Of a DNA stretch of 64,000 nucleotides, positions 1 through 12,814 are shown piece by piece. The first letter of the stretch is position 1. Every line of letters starts with the position of its first letter. Below the pieces are notes generated by a model. That model did no database searches. It was not told the origin of the DNA and saw nothing but the letters and a program-made list of their open reading frames with translations. The DNA comes from Stegostoma tigrinum (lineage: Eukaryota). The stretch spans positions 10,192,421 through 10,256,420 of the forward strand of contig NC_081397.1 of assembly GCF_030684315.1 (NCBI RefSeq), in the 5' to 3' direction. The position numbers and the translations under genes were made by a program.

Positions 1-709
1 ACGGTTCTTTTCAAAAAAATCTCATTATCTAAAACCTGGGTACTTACCCAATGGTCCTCAGTATTAAATTTTAGTTTCCAAATTCTTCACAAAATAATCT
101 GGCTCTCCTCTTTTGATGGTCTGTCACATATGGACCAAGTTCTGAAGGATAATCGAATGAAACCTGCAGGGCTATGGGATGTGTGCAGGAAGGTGTGATT
201 GTGATGGCCATCTGGGGGTGTTTGGGTCAGCATGGACATGATGCACCAAATGACCTCCTTCTGTTCTGTACCATTTTTACAATGATTGGTCTGGACCAAT
301 GTTTCCCTGTCAGTCTCTGCTGTGTAATACAGAAGTAATTTGCCAAAGATTTAGAGGGACACATTGATAACTACACTCACACATTCAACAGGTAGCAACT
401 GACATGAATGGATCAGTAACTAAACTCATACGCACAGACAAGCTTGCATTAGGTAGTTCCAGTCATGGAGCTGTACGGGAGTTGGTTACTTTCTGTGCAT
501 CACTCAAATAGAGTTGAAGTTTTAAAAATTGATCAAATGTAGTGCAGCTCAGGGCAAGAGTGCAATCAGACCCACAGTTCTGTTAGAATTCCTAGTGATA
601 ATTTAAATATCTGAATGTTTATTAGCTAAATGTTGAATTGATCAGTTAAATGTTTTCACACCCATCTGATGACGGTTTACTGGAGCTATCTGTGTTTTCC
701 TTCCTGCAG

Positions 710-777
710 ACAAACACTTGAAGGAACAAGACAATGTATCATTTCTTCAGTACAAAGCTCCTCCTAACAAACAGCAG
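710..777 (+). other. Degenerate paralogous exon copy (68 nt, donor ATATGT)
   Basis: Homologous to 30351-30431, with an internal deletion and a GT>AT donor. Confidence 0.45.
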
Positions 778-1184
778 ATATGTTCCCACTATCACAGCAT
801 GAGAACATCCTTTCCCCAGTCACGGAGCAGATTGAATCAGACACACGTTGAGCTTTAATTTCCAGTCAGACACGTCAAAGCCGACAATAAAACAAGACAG
901 AGGAATGCCACTTTATTTTGCTTCTCTCTCCATTCAAAATACCCAGTTTGAACAGGTTTCACCTAAAATAACCCATTGACATTTACACCAGTTTTGAAGA
1001 TTGGTAGACTGAATCCTTGTCCAAAGTATACCATCAGGAATTGAAGGAAATCTGCATAGAATTACTCAAATATCAACTTCACATAATGAATCACACCTCC
1101 ACCGATAATATTATTGGCTGCCTGACAACTGATCCACTTTTAGGAGTAGTAATACCTAAACTCAAGCATTCATATTGCAGGGTC

Positions 1185-1810
1185 AGACAGGAAAAAAATG
1201 GTATTTGACCATATTAATACTTCAGAAACTGCAAGTAAAAGGTTGATGAAAAATGTTCACATAGTCACATAATAGAAACTATTATGCACATATTCATTGC
1301 TGTACTCGCATTCACAGAGACTGAAACTGGCAGGAATATATTGATGATAACACTCCCAATTTCACAGAGCAAAGTGACAGCTACAAACTTAGAACTGCAA
1401 TCACAAATCCACAGACAGACAGGCACGGATTGCTGACTGTACTCAAATATTCAGAGTAGGTTCTCACAGGTACATCTTGGTAACAGGACTTGCAAATTGA
1501 CAGAGAAGCAAATGATAGGTGCACATTGCTTTCACGCACATATCCAATGGACGAACTTGACAGGAACAGATTGATAACAACCTTGGACATAGCAAGAACT
1601 GCAAATTCTGGAATCAGCCTTCCCAGTTATACGCAGCATAAACTAACTGACATGTACAGTTTGATAATTACTCTCATTCACAGAGCGGAATCTGAAACGT
1701 CCTTATTGATAACTGCACTCACATGGCCACCAAGCAGAAACTGACAGAGTTTGATCACAGTGACAGTCAAATTGTGGAAATTGACAGATACATGTTGATA
1801 ATCGCTTTCA
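1185..1810 (+). repeat. Degenerate 49-bp minisatellite array
   Basis: Recurring AGAAACTGACAGGTACAGATTGATAACTACACTCACATATTCACACAGC-like units. Confidence 0.8.
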
Positions 1811-1814
1811 CTGA

Positions 1815-2575
1815 AATGTCAGGGTCAGTTCATTAAATATGCTGCTGTTGACTTGCTCACTGAGCTTGTAAGTTTGTTCACAGACATTTCATCACCATAC
1901 TACACAACATCATCAGTGCACCGTGAATGAAACGTTGGTATTCTGTCCTTCTTGCTATTTATGTGCCTCAGTTTGCTGGGGTGGTGAGCATCACTTGCAG
2001 ATTGATTTCTTAGTGGTTGGTGTGTGGTGTCCAGCTGGCCATGTTTGTTAATGGAGTTCTAGTTTGAACTCTCGTGCATGTCTTTGTTTGGGATGTCCTC
2101 TGATGGCTACCTTGTCCCAGTCAAACAGGTGTCTCTCTTTATCCATGTGCATTAAGGTGAGTGATAGTTGGCCATGACTTTTGGCAGCGAGTTGATGTCC
2201 ATGAATCCTGATGGCGGGTTTCCTACCGGTTTGCCTTGGGTAAGGTTTGTGGCAGTATTTGCATGGTATCTTGTAAATCGCATTGTTTCTGCTAATTGTG
2301 AATGTTGGATCCTTCATTCTCAACAGCGGCTGTCAGTTCGTGGGCTATCATGATTCTTACGGGGTAGAGTTACCTGGTGGTTATTTCACACCCTCAGTGC
2401 ATAGTCTGGTGACTACTATCACTGGATGTGTTGTGTCTTCCTGTTGCCATCAGTTGTGTGGCATCTGTGAACAATGCATTTTGAGTAACTGTCATTTCTA
2501 AAGACACTATCTGTGTTCTTCCTTGGCTTTATGAAACTCCGGGATGCTGCAGTGTGTTGTGGCTCACTTGAACAG
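1815..2575 (-). mobile_element. Decayed Penelope (Poseidon-like) GIY-YIG/3' fragment
   Basis: ORF 2048-2323 NNAIYKIPCKYCHKPY..QTGRK..IRIH.HQLA; paralog at 31735-32470. Confidence 0.8.
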
Positions 2576-3810
2576 GGAAAGCTAGCTCATTGGATTCAAA
2601 GATAATAAAATGTGAGGCTGGATGAACACAGCAGGCCAAGCAGCATCTCAGGAGCACAAAAGCTGACGTTTCGGGCCTAGACCCTTCATCAGAGAGGGGG
2701 ATGGGGGGAGGGAACTGGAATAAATAGGGAGAGAGGGGGAGGCGGACCGAAGATGGAGAGTTATAGTTCCCATTATCTCATTGGATTCAAAATTGGCTTG
2801 ATGGTACAAAGCAGAGGGTGACAGTTGAAGATTCTTTCTCGGACTGGAGGCCTGTGACTGTGGTGTGCCACAGGGATTGGTGTTGGGACCTTTGTTATTT
2901 GTTATTAACATAAATGATCTGGATGTGAATGTGCAAAGCATGATTAGTAAGTTTACAGATGATGCAATGTTAGGCGGTATCGTTCATAGTGGGGAAGGTT
3001 ATCGAAAATTACAGAGGGATCTTAATCAGATGGGGAAGTGGGCCAAGGATTGGAAAATGCAATTCAATGCAGATAGGTGTGAGGTGTTGCACTTTGGAAT
3101 GTCAAACTATAGTAAGCCTTGTATAGTAAATGGTAAGGTCCCTGATTAGTGATGTGGTACAGAGGGACCAAGGAGTACAGATAAGTCGTTTGGTTAAAGC
3201 AGTGTCGCAGGTGGGTAGGGTGCTGAAGAAGGAATTCAGCATGCTGGCCTTCATTGATCGAGGCATTTAGAATAGACTCGGACTATTGTGTAGAGTTTTG
3301 GTCACCCTGTTGTAAAAAAGACCTAGTTCAACTAGAAAGTGTTCAAAGAAGATTTATGCAGGACTAGTGGGCCTGAGTTATAGCGAGATGTTGGCCAGGG
3401 TAGGACTTTATTTCTTGGACCGTAGGAGAATGAAGTGTGACCTTATTCAGATGTATAAAATCATGAGGCCCATAGGTCAGATAAATGCAAATCATGTTTG
3501 TTTTTTTTTCCCCACAGATGAGGAATTGAAAACTGGAGGGCATAGGTTTCGGGTGAGAGGGCAAGAATTTAAGAAGGACCTGAGGGGTGCCAACTTCACA
3601 GAGAGAGTGGAGCACATGTGGAATCAGCTGCCAGAGAAAGTTGTTGAGGCAGGCACAATATCAACACTTTAAAAAAAAAACATTTGAACAGGTACATGGA
3701 TGGGAAGGATTTCGAGGGATATCATGTGGGCAATTGGATCCAGCTGAGTGGGCACCATGGTCATCATGAACCAGTTTGAGCGGAAGGGCCCATGTCCATA
3801 CTGTGTTACT
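2575..3810 (+). mobile_element. CR1-clade LINE 3' fragment
   Basis: ORF 2865-3149 [19 protein letters not shown]...SKFTDD...W.MQFNADRCEVLHFG. Confidence 0.9.
2601..2776 (-). mobile_element. Short Penelope terminal-repeat insertion within a CR1; 15-bp TSD
   Basis: CTCATTGGATTCAAA at 2586-2600 and 2777-2791. Confidence 0.85.
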
Positions 3811-4730
3811 ATAAGACCATAAGACATAGGAGCAGAAATCAGGCTATTTGGCCCATCAAGTCTGCTCCACCATTAAATCATGGCTGAGAAGTTCCTTCAG
3901 CCAATTCTCCTTCCTTCTCCCCATAACCTTGATCCCCTTGACAATCAAAAACCTATCTATCTCACCCTTAAATGCACTCAATAACCTGGCCTCCACAGCC
4001 TTCTGTGGCAGTGAATTCCATAGATTCACCGCTCTCTGGCTGAAGAAGTTTCTCCTTATCTCTGTTCTAAAAGGCCTGCCCTTTACTTGAAGGCTGTGCC
4101 CTTGGGTCCTAGTCTCTCCTACCAATGGAAGCATCTTCCCTACATCCACTCTGTCCAGGCATTCAGTAGTCTAAGTTTTGATTATCATCCTTCTAAACTC
4201 CAAAGAGTACAGTCCCAGAATCCTCAATCATTGCTCATATGTTCAGCTTTTCATTCCTGGGACCATTCTCGTGAACCTCCTCTGAAACTGCTCCAGGGCC
4301 AGTACATCCTTCCTGAGATATGGGGCCCAAAACTGCACATGCTACTTCAAACGTGGCCTGACTCGAGTCTTCTAAAGCCTCATAAGTACATCCTTTTTTT
4401 TACATATTCAAGTCCGTAAGACCATAAGACATGGGAGTGGAAGTGAGGCCATTCGGCCCATCAAGTCCATTCCACTATTTAAGTCACGGCTGGGCATTTC
4501 AACTCCACTTCCCTGCACTCTCCCCGTAGCCCTTGATTCCTTGTGAGATCAAGAATTTGTCAATCTCTGCCTTGAAGTCCTGGCAAAATAAATGCCAGTA
4601 TTGTAGTTGCCTTCCTGACTACTGACTCAACCTGCGAGTTTACCGTGAGACATTCCTGGAGTAGAACTCCCAAGTCTCTTTGCATGCAAGACTTCTGAAT
4701 TTTCTGCCCATTTAGTAAAGAGTCTGCTTT
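3810..4730 (-). mobile_element. CR1/HER1-like LINE 3' fragments (nested)
   Basis: ORF 3856-4149 TQGHSLQVKGRPFRTEIRRNFFSQRAVNLWNSLPQ; accataagacat tails at ~3816 and ~4421. Confidence 0.85.
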
Positions 4731-5225
4731 TATTCTGGAGGGAGGATGGTAACTTCTTCAAGTCAGGCATCCCTGGAAGAAGCTTTGCAGTGAAGTTAAA
4801 ATTGTATCAGAGATAATGGTGACTGCAGATGCTGGAGAATCCAGACAAACCTCAGGCGATCTCTACCCCACTGCAACTCTAGGGACAGATCGAGAACCGC
4901 ACTCCCATTTCCACAATGCAGAGAATGACAGATATTCGGCAAATTGTCGCTCAAGAAACCCGAAAGTCTTCACAAAACAATACTCCCCACAGCTTAATAA
5001 GGAAATCTCAGCTGGTGATGAAACAAGGTAACATTTTACTCACAAAAGATCACTGAGCGGAATAAAACACCTTGTCACAATTAAAATCTCGCAGGACTGT
5101 GTTCAAAATATTGACAACCAGTTCAACTGCAAGGGAGATAGGAATTTGATCCGTGTACAAAATTTCGGTTTGTGTTTCACATTTCGTTGCAGAACCGAAG
5201 AGATCCACTTTGTGTTTGACACTAA

Positions 5226-5337
5226 CCAATCACAGAAAGGCTAATCTCATGGTGTGACATTCTTGTAAAGTACCCAATCAGGAACAAGGATTTCCCTCAT
5301 CCCTCATTAGCATTGCTGACGCGATCAGGCTATAAAA
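5226..5337 (+). promoter_or_regulatory. H2B promoter: two CCAAT boxes, variant octamer ATTAGCAT, TGACG, TATA
   Basis: CCAAT 5226-5230 and 5274-5278; ATTAGCAT 5306-5313 (1 mismatch to the H2B octamer ATTTGCAT); TATAAAA 5331-5337. Same layout in unit 2. Confidence 0.8.
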
Positions 5338-5390
5338 AGCGAGCTCCGAGACGGCTTTCGCTTATTTTGTGTCTGAAAGTGACTGACGCT

Positions 5391-5771
5391 ATGCCAGATG
5401 AGAAGAAAGCGCAGCAAGCCTCCAAGAAGGGCGCCAAGAAAATCATCAAGAAGGCGCCGGGGAAAGCCGGCAAGAAAAGGAAACGATCCAGGAAAGAAAG
5501 TTACTCTATCTACATCTACAAAGTGATGAAGCAGGTTCACCCCGACACCGGCATCTCCTCCAAGGCGATGAGCATCATGAACTCGTTCGTCAAGGATATT
5601 TTCGAGCGTATCGCGGGGGAGGCTTCCCGCCTGGCCCATTACAACAAGCGCAACACCATCAGCTCCCGGGAGATCCAGACCGCGGTGCGGCTGCTGCTGC
5701 CCGGGGAGCTGGCCAAGCACGCCGTGTCGGAGGGTACAAAGGCGGTGACCAAGTACACTAGCTCCAAGTGA
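5391..5771 (+). CDS. H2B: Replication-dependent histone H2B (unit 1), 126 aa
   Basis: Translation [14 protein letters not shown]...[27 protein letters not shown]...[10 protein letters not shown]. True ATG at 5391, downstream of TATAAAA at 5331. Intronless, with stem-loop at 5814. Confidence 0.98.
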   Translation: MPDEKKAQQASKKGAKKIIKKAPGKAGKKRKRSRKESYSIYIYKVMKQVHPDTGISSKAMSIMNSFVKDIFERIAGEASRLAHYNKRNTISSREIQTAVRLLLPGELAKHAVSEGTKAVTKYTSSK

Positions 5772-5813
5772 GATCCCACATTGTGTTGAAAAAACACACA
5801 TCCAAAACCCAAA

Positions 5814-5829
5814 GGCTCTTTTAAGAGCC
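5814..5829 (+). terminator. Histone mRNA 3' stem-loop (H2B unit 1)
   Basis: CCCAAA-GGCTCTTTTAAGAGCC-ACCCA matches the SLBP-binding consensus; purine-containing HDE-like tract ~15 nt downstream. Confidence 0.97.
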
Positions 5830-6584
5830 ACCCACTACCTCACTGAAACAGCTGAACCGTATTAACTTCGATAGCCGATGCTGGAGAATCTGAGACGACA
5901 AGATGTGGAGCTGGATGAACACAGCAAACCAAACAGCATCAGAGAAGCAGGTAAATTGACGTTTCGGGGCGAGACCCTTCTTTTCAAATGAAGTTTTAGC
6001 TTTACAATTGATTCTGGGTCTGGATAATGAATGTCGCTAAGCTTTGTTTTTAATTATAAAAATAATTTCGTTTGATCCCAGACCCTCTGCCCTTTATTGT
6101 CGGTTGCGTATTTCCCAGTCTCTTTTCCCGGCCTGTATAGAGAGCATATTTATCGACACCGAGTCACTTTTCAGCAAATTCTATATTTTCCAGTTATTCT
6201 TTAACCCTTGATCAGGGCAGAAGGTACAGTGCCCCGTGGGGTATGAAACACGAGTTTCACTCCCGGAATGAAAAGTAACTGTTGTCGTCCCACGAATAGA
6301 TTTTGAAATTTATTTGTTCTTTTTTTAAATTAAATTTTCAAAACGCCACTGACGTCGTCTGATTTTTGCAGAACACTGTAAATGAGGCTCTCAGCTGTCG
6401 ATAAGAGGCTTTCAAAATGAACTGAGATAAAGCTAGTATAGCTGCTGGATTGCCATATCAGGTGTGAAGTCTGATCAACGACAAGAGGGACGGCAACTTT
6501 AAACTGAAGTTTCACCGTTCTCACCCGCAGGAACGTTGAGTTTTTGATAAATATTTCAGGGTGCACTTGCAATATGAAAATGAA

Positions 6585-7321
6585 CCGGAAGGCAAAGTAC
6601 TGGGCTTATGGTAAGATTCATGGCAGTGTAGATGAGCAGAGAGATCTCGGTGTCCATGTATACAGATCCTTGAAAGTTGCCACCCAGGTTGACAGGGCTG
6701 TTAAGAAGGCATACAGTGTTTTAGCTTTTATTAATAGAGGGATCGAGTTCTGGAACCAAGAGGTTATGGTGAAGCTGGACACAACTCTGGTGCGGTCGCA
6801 CTTGGAGTATTGTGCACAGTTCTGATCACCGCATTATAAGAAGGATGTGGAAGCTGAGGAAAGGGTGCAGAGATTTACTGGGATGTTGCCTGGTATGGAG
6901 GGAACGTTTTACGAGGAAAGGCTGAGGGACTTGAGGCTGTTTTCATTACAGAGAAGGTGGTTGAGAGGTGACTGAATTGAAACATATAAAATAATCAGAG
7001 GATTAGATAGGGTGGATAGGGAGAGCCTTTTTCATAGGATGGTGACAGCGAGCACGAGGGGGCATAGCTTTAAATTGAGGGGTGAAAGATACAGGACAGA
7101 TGTCAGAGGTAGTTTCTTTACTCAGAGTAGTAAGGGAATGGAACGCTTTGCCTGCAACGGTAGTAGATTCTCCAGCTTTAGGTATCTTTAAATCGTCTTT
7201 GGATAAGCATATGGACGTACATGGAATAGTGTAGGTTAGATGGGCTTCAGATCGTTATGACAGGTCGGCACAACATCGAGGGCCGAAGGGTCTGTACTGT
7301 GCTGTTATGTTCTATGTTCTA
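6585..7321 (+). mobile_element. CR1-clade LINE 3' fragment specific to unit 1
   Basis: EQRDLGVHV..SLKVATQVDRAVKKAY; tgttctatgttcta tail; absent from the unit 2 H2B-H2A spacer. Confidence 0.9.
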
Positions 7322-8315
7322 ACTAAGTTCGGCGAAAAATTAAATTATTCATTCCTCTTAGGAAAAAAAAACTAAGTTTTACAATTTCGTACACGTTGTA
7401 GGATTTTGTCCCTGTGGGTAACGACCCCAACTCTCTCCCGTGGTAACCAAAACTAATAAGCCCGTATTTGAGACATACGAACAGAAGTATCGTGCGATTT
7501 GTGTTTTACAATTTCCAAATCTCTACGTGAATTTATTTTCAGAATGCAGCCTGTGGGGCTCTCCGTTGTCGGGTAGAGTCTTTCAAAATGAACCGAGATT
7601 AACAGGGAAGTCTGATCTCACACAATAATCACAAAATTTTCGGAAGACGCTGATGTTTTGAATGAGAACGAGAGAGGTTATGTCAAGGATCAATTTGTAA
7701 TCTAAAAGGAAATTAAATCATACGCATTCATGTAAAACGTCTTCCTCGTATTGCCCATATTGGCGGGCTTTTCAAATCGGAAAGAAAACGGTTGATGATT
7801 TGGCGCCGGTATTTTCGTACGGTTGCCGCGCCGAGGAATTTTGTTTTATTTTCAAATCTCCCCGGGTTTTGCAGAAAGCTATAAATGAGGCTTTCTGCTG
7901 TCGGTGGGAAAATTTCAAAGTGAACCGAGATGAAAGCAGAACAGCTGGCGGACTGGCATCGCAAAAGTAGAAATATTGTTGATCTTGTGCAATAGGGAGC
8001 GCGATTGTAAAATATTGTTTAAAGCAGTATTGAGTTCAACGGCAAAGAAACAGCTGTGTGATACTTTTATCAATGTATCCGGGTGCTGATGTGAAATAAA
8101 ATGCATCTGTTCAGAGCAACTTACGCCGGGCTCTTTTTCTGCCATCTGTTTATTCTTAAGGATCAGGGTAAAAAGCAAAATCATAATCACATCGATTCAC
8201 TTAGGCCTGGGAATCAGAGAGAGATTGTGTGAAGTATACAGGCGTATTCTAAAAGTAAATTATCTCAAGAATGAACGCATTCTTCTTTGTAAAACTTCTA
8301 CCCGTTTTGAAACTA

Positions 8316-8959
<644 letters not shown>

Positions 8960-8989
8960 AGAGACCGTTCTGTAACCTGACAACCCAAA

Positions 8990-9005
8990 GGCTCTTTTAA
9001 GAGCC
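8990..9005 (+). terminator. Histone mRNA 3' stem-loop (H2A unit 1)
   Basis: CCCAAA-GGCTCTTTTAAGAGCC-ACCCA followed by GAAAAGCAG. Confidence 0.97.
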
Positions 9006-9657
9006 ACCCACAAAGTCAGTGAAAAGCAGCTAGACTGTCACTGCTGGTTGGTTTACTTTAATTTTATGTGCAAACACGGGACTAAATGCGCAAAAATATC
9101 CGTTTCCTTTTTGCCTTAACCTAAAGAAAACTAGAACAGCTGTCGGAGGGGAGTAATAAAGTTTTACTGCAGGGACAGCGACTTTAAATAGTAACTCACA
9201 GCGGTTTCCCTATCACTATGCCGACAGGGAACAAAAGACATGCGCTAACTCCCCGCAAGAAAGGGGCCGTTCGAGACTAAACCGAGCCTCCTCAGAGGAT
9301 CGAATGAATACACTCGTGTGAGATTAGGCAAAATTTCAATTGCACGATCAGAAATATAAAAATCGTTTGTATATTTTGGTGGGCTTTTCGAATTGGCCAC
9401 TGTTTCCCAACATCCTCATTCGTCAACTTCAGTTGCAGCTGGGGAAACGCCAAGGGAAGCAATTGGCAAGCAAAGGCGTTTGAATCGGAAATTTATAAAA
9501 TGTTAGGTACAGTACTTGAACTGTGTTGTGATTACTGAGCACTTATAAACCTGTTTCACAACTCGGGGGAATTATTGGGCCTGAGAGATGCACTAAGTTT
9601 CTGTAACAGCGGTGACATTGAGACATAACATCAATAGTATGCTGTGGGTTTATATTA

Positions 9658-10209
<552 letters not shown>

Positions 10210-10910
10210 CTACTCTCAATGCTGAACCTGTGGCGGCGCTGCCTATTTAAGGGAATGGAGAGCTCGCCCTAGAGCTGGGATTTGTTAGAGTCCCGTCCCT
10301 CAACCCCATGAGAAACAGCTCCGGAAGGTTCTGAAAAGGCAGAAAAATATTTTTTGGTTTAAATTGAAATGACAGTTGGTCACTTCCAAAAAGCCCGCCG
10401 AATTTACCCTCGCGATCCTGAGTTTAAGGTAAATATTTAAAAGGAAAATAAACTCCGACTCCGATCAAATCGTGTACTTTGCAAACTAAGTTTTTTGAAT
10501 AAAATCTACATCAGCGGAGACAGGACGACAGGATTGCCTCATCTGTCTGTAACAGGCGTGAGGAAAGGGCGAGGGCGTTTGGCATTGCTTCCTGCAACAG
10601 GCAGATGGAAAGTAAATTAAAACTTCCACGGGTGTCCCAGAATCAAAACTGAACGAAATATCATTCCTGTAACTGTTAATGAAATACAAATACAGCAATA
10701 TATGTTAACTCCAGCCCCCAACTAGATCTGTAAATAAAACTATTCTCCACAACGGCAGTGAACACAACTTTCGGGAAAAAAAAACTGCGGTCTCGAGCTT
10801 CATGTTCGAAGCAGACAAAAACAGGATTTTTTTCTAAGCAGTTGCGATACAATTGAACGCCCATGATCCGGCCTTTCTTAACAAGACAACACGGTTGCTT
10901 CCATTATCAA

Positions 10911-11618
10911 GATAATAAAATGTGAGGCTGGATGAACACAGCAGGCCAAGCAGCATCTCGGGAGCACAAAAGCTGACGTTTCGGGCCTAGACCCTTCGCC
11001 CTCTCTGATGAAGGGTCTAGGCCCGAAACGTCAGCTTTTGTGCTCCCGAGATGATGCTTGGCCTGCTGTGTTCATCCAGCCTCACATTTTATGATCTTGG
11101 AATTCTCCAACATCTGCAGTTCCCATTACCTCTGCTTCCATTATCAATGTGGGCTATACCAGCTTCAAAATCTCCCCTTCCCCAACTGCATCCCAAAACC
11201 ATTCCAGTTCTTCCCTCCCCCCACTGCACCACACCACCAGCCCAGCTCTTCCCTCCACCCACTGTATCCCAAAACCAGTCCAACCTGTCTATGCCTCCCT
11301 AACCTGTTCTTCCTCTCACCCATCCCTTCTTCCCACATCAAGCCGCACCTCCATCTCCTACTAACCTCATCCCACCTCCTTGACCTGTCCGTCTTCCCTG
11401 GACTGACCTTTCCCCTCCCTACCTCCCCACCTGTACTCTCCTCTCCACCTATCTTCTTTTCTCTCCATCTTCGGTCCGCCTCCCCCTCTCTCCCTATTTA
11501 TTCCAGTTCCCTCTCCCCATCCCCTCTCTGATGAAGGGTCTAGGCCCAAAACGTCAGCTTTCGTGCTCCTGAGATGCTGCTGGGCCTGCTGTGTTCATCC
11601 AGCCTGAAATTTTGTCTT
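10911..11618. mobile_element. Nested Penelope pieces: fold-back mini-element (10911-11132) plus 3' fragment (~11143-11618, +)
   Basis: ~90-bp inverted arms; TGCTTCCATTATCAA at 10896-10910 and 11133-11147. Confidence 0.85.
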
Positions 11619-11970
11619 GCTTCAATTTCCACGTCAGTTTCTATTCCCCCAGTTGAATGAGACAAAATCATTTGATGGGGATTGTGTGGTGAAGAGGGGT
11701 TTCAGAGCCTGTGTTTGACTCTTTGAGACTCTCTCCCTGCATGTGTGAAAAGCAGACTGACATGAACTGACAAAGCACGAGAGCCTATGGTCCATGTGAG
11801 CAGGACCTCACACTCACATATTGTCGAGTATGGAAGAGGGGCTGAGTGTAAATCCGGTGGGTAAATACGGAACGGTTATTCACATAAATTAGTGTCTAAT
11901 TTATTCCTGCACTCGGAGCTAGGACAGGGATCATTTGATCCGGGCTCAGCTCTCTCCTGAAAGATGTGGT

Positions 11971-11986
11971 GGCTCTGAGAAGAGCC
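11971..11986 (-). terminator. Histone mRNA 3' stem-loop (H1)
   Basis: Minus strand CCCAAA-GGCTCTTCTCAGAGCC-ACCACA, then GGAGAGAGCTG. Confidence 0.95.
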
Positions 11987-12022
11987 TTTGGGTTCAGGTC
12001 GTTACACGTTGCACGGACTGCT

Positions 12023-12661
12023 TCATTTCTTTGCTGCTTTCTTGGTCACTTTCGCTTTGGGCTTGGCCTTCGGTTTCCTCGATTTCGGAGCCGGCTTTAC
12101 GGCCTTGGGGCTCTTGGTCTTTATCACCTTCTTCACGGGAGTCTTTTTCTTCGGCGCTGCTTTCTTCGCCGCTTTCTTTGGCGTTGCTGCCTTCTTGCCG
12201 CCCGCTTTCTTGCCTGTTGCTTTCTTGGCTGGGGATTTTTTCGCTGCCACCTTCTTGCTCGTTGTTTTCTTCACGGCTGCTTTCTTGGCGGCTGCTGCTG
12301 GTCTCGCCCTCTTTCCCACTTTTGCCTTGACTGGATTCTTTGCGAGTTTGAAGGAGCCGGAGACGCCCTGGCCCTTCACCAGAACCAGGGAGCCTTTCGC
12401 CAGGCACCTCTTGGCAGCCATCCTGATCTGTGCATTTTGCTTCTCCACATTGACCCCGCTTCTCTGCAGCGCCTTCTTTATAGCGACCAGAGACGTCCCC
12501 TTCCGATCGCTGTTCTCCCCGACAATCTTCACAATCCGCTCGCCCAACCCGGGACCGGCTGGTTTCTTCCTGGGAGCCGCCGCCTTCTTCTTCTTGGGAG
12601 ACTTGGGTTTGGTGCTAGCGGAGGCTGGAGGAGCCGTTTCGGCGGCTGTACTGTCGCTCAT
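12023..12661 (-). CDS. H1: Replication-dependent linker histone H1, 212 aa
   Basis: Winged-helix globular domain (RKGTSLVAIKKAL...GSLVLVKGQGVSGSFKL) with a K/A/P-rich tail containing SPKK/TPKK-type motifs; stem-loop downstream. Confidence 0.97.
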   Translation of the reverse strand: MSDSTAAETAPPASASTKPKSPKKKKAAAPRKKPAGPGLGERIVKIVGENSDRKGTSLVAIKKALQRSGVNVEKQNAQIRMAAKRCLAKGSLVLVKGQGVSGSFKLAKNPVKAKVGKRARPAAAAKKAAVKKTTSKKVAAKKSPAKKATGKKAGGKKAATPKKAAKKAAPKKKTPVKKVIKTKSPKAVKPAPKSRKPKAKPKAKVTKKAAKK

Positions 12662-12807
12662 GTCGGGAACTCTGCGCTGAATCTCTCTCTGTCAAACTGA
12701 ACTGGGTCAGCAATGAAGCTGCTGGTGGCGGCACTGAGCAACTTAAAGGCAGCGAGCGGACGGCGCGGAGACAACCTGCCCTCAGCTCCCTGCTCCTGCT
12801 GCCTGTC

Positions 12808-12814
12808 TGTGTTT
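12808..12814 (-). promoter_or_regulatory. H1 box (AAACACA)
   Basis: Plus-strand tgtgttt about 150 bp upstream of the H1 ATG, the usual position of the H1-specific AC box. Confidence 0.7.

Noticed and set aside
11935-12700. Long antisense or alternate-frame ORFs over H1 and the other histones
   Set aside because: Expected by-product of GC-rich biased codon usage; no independent signals.
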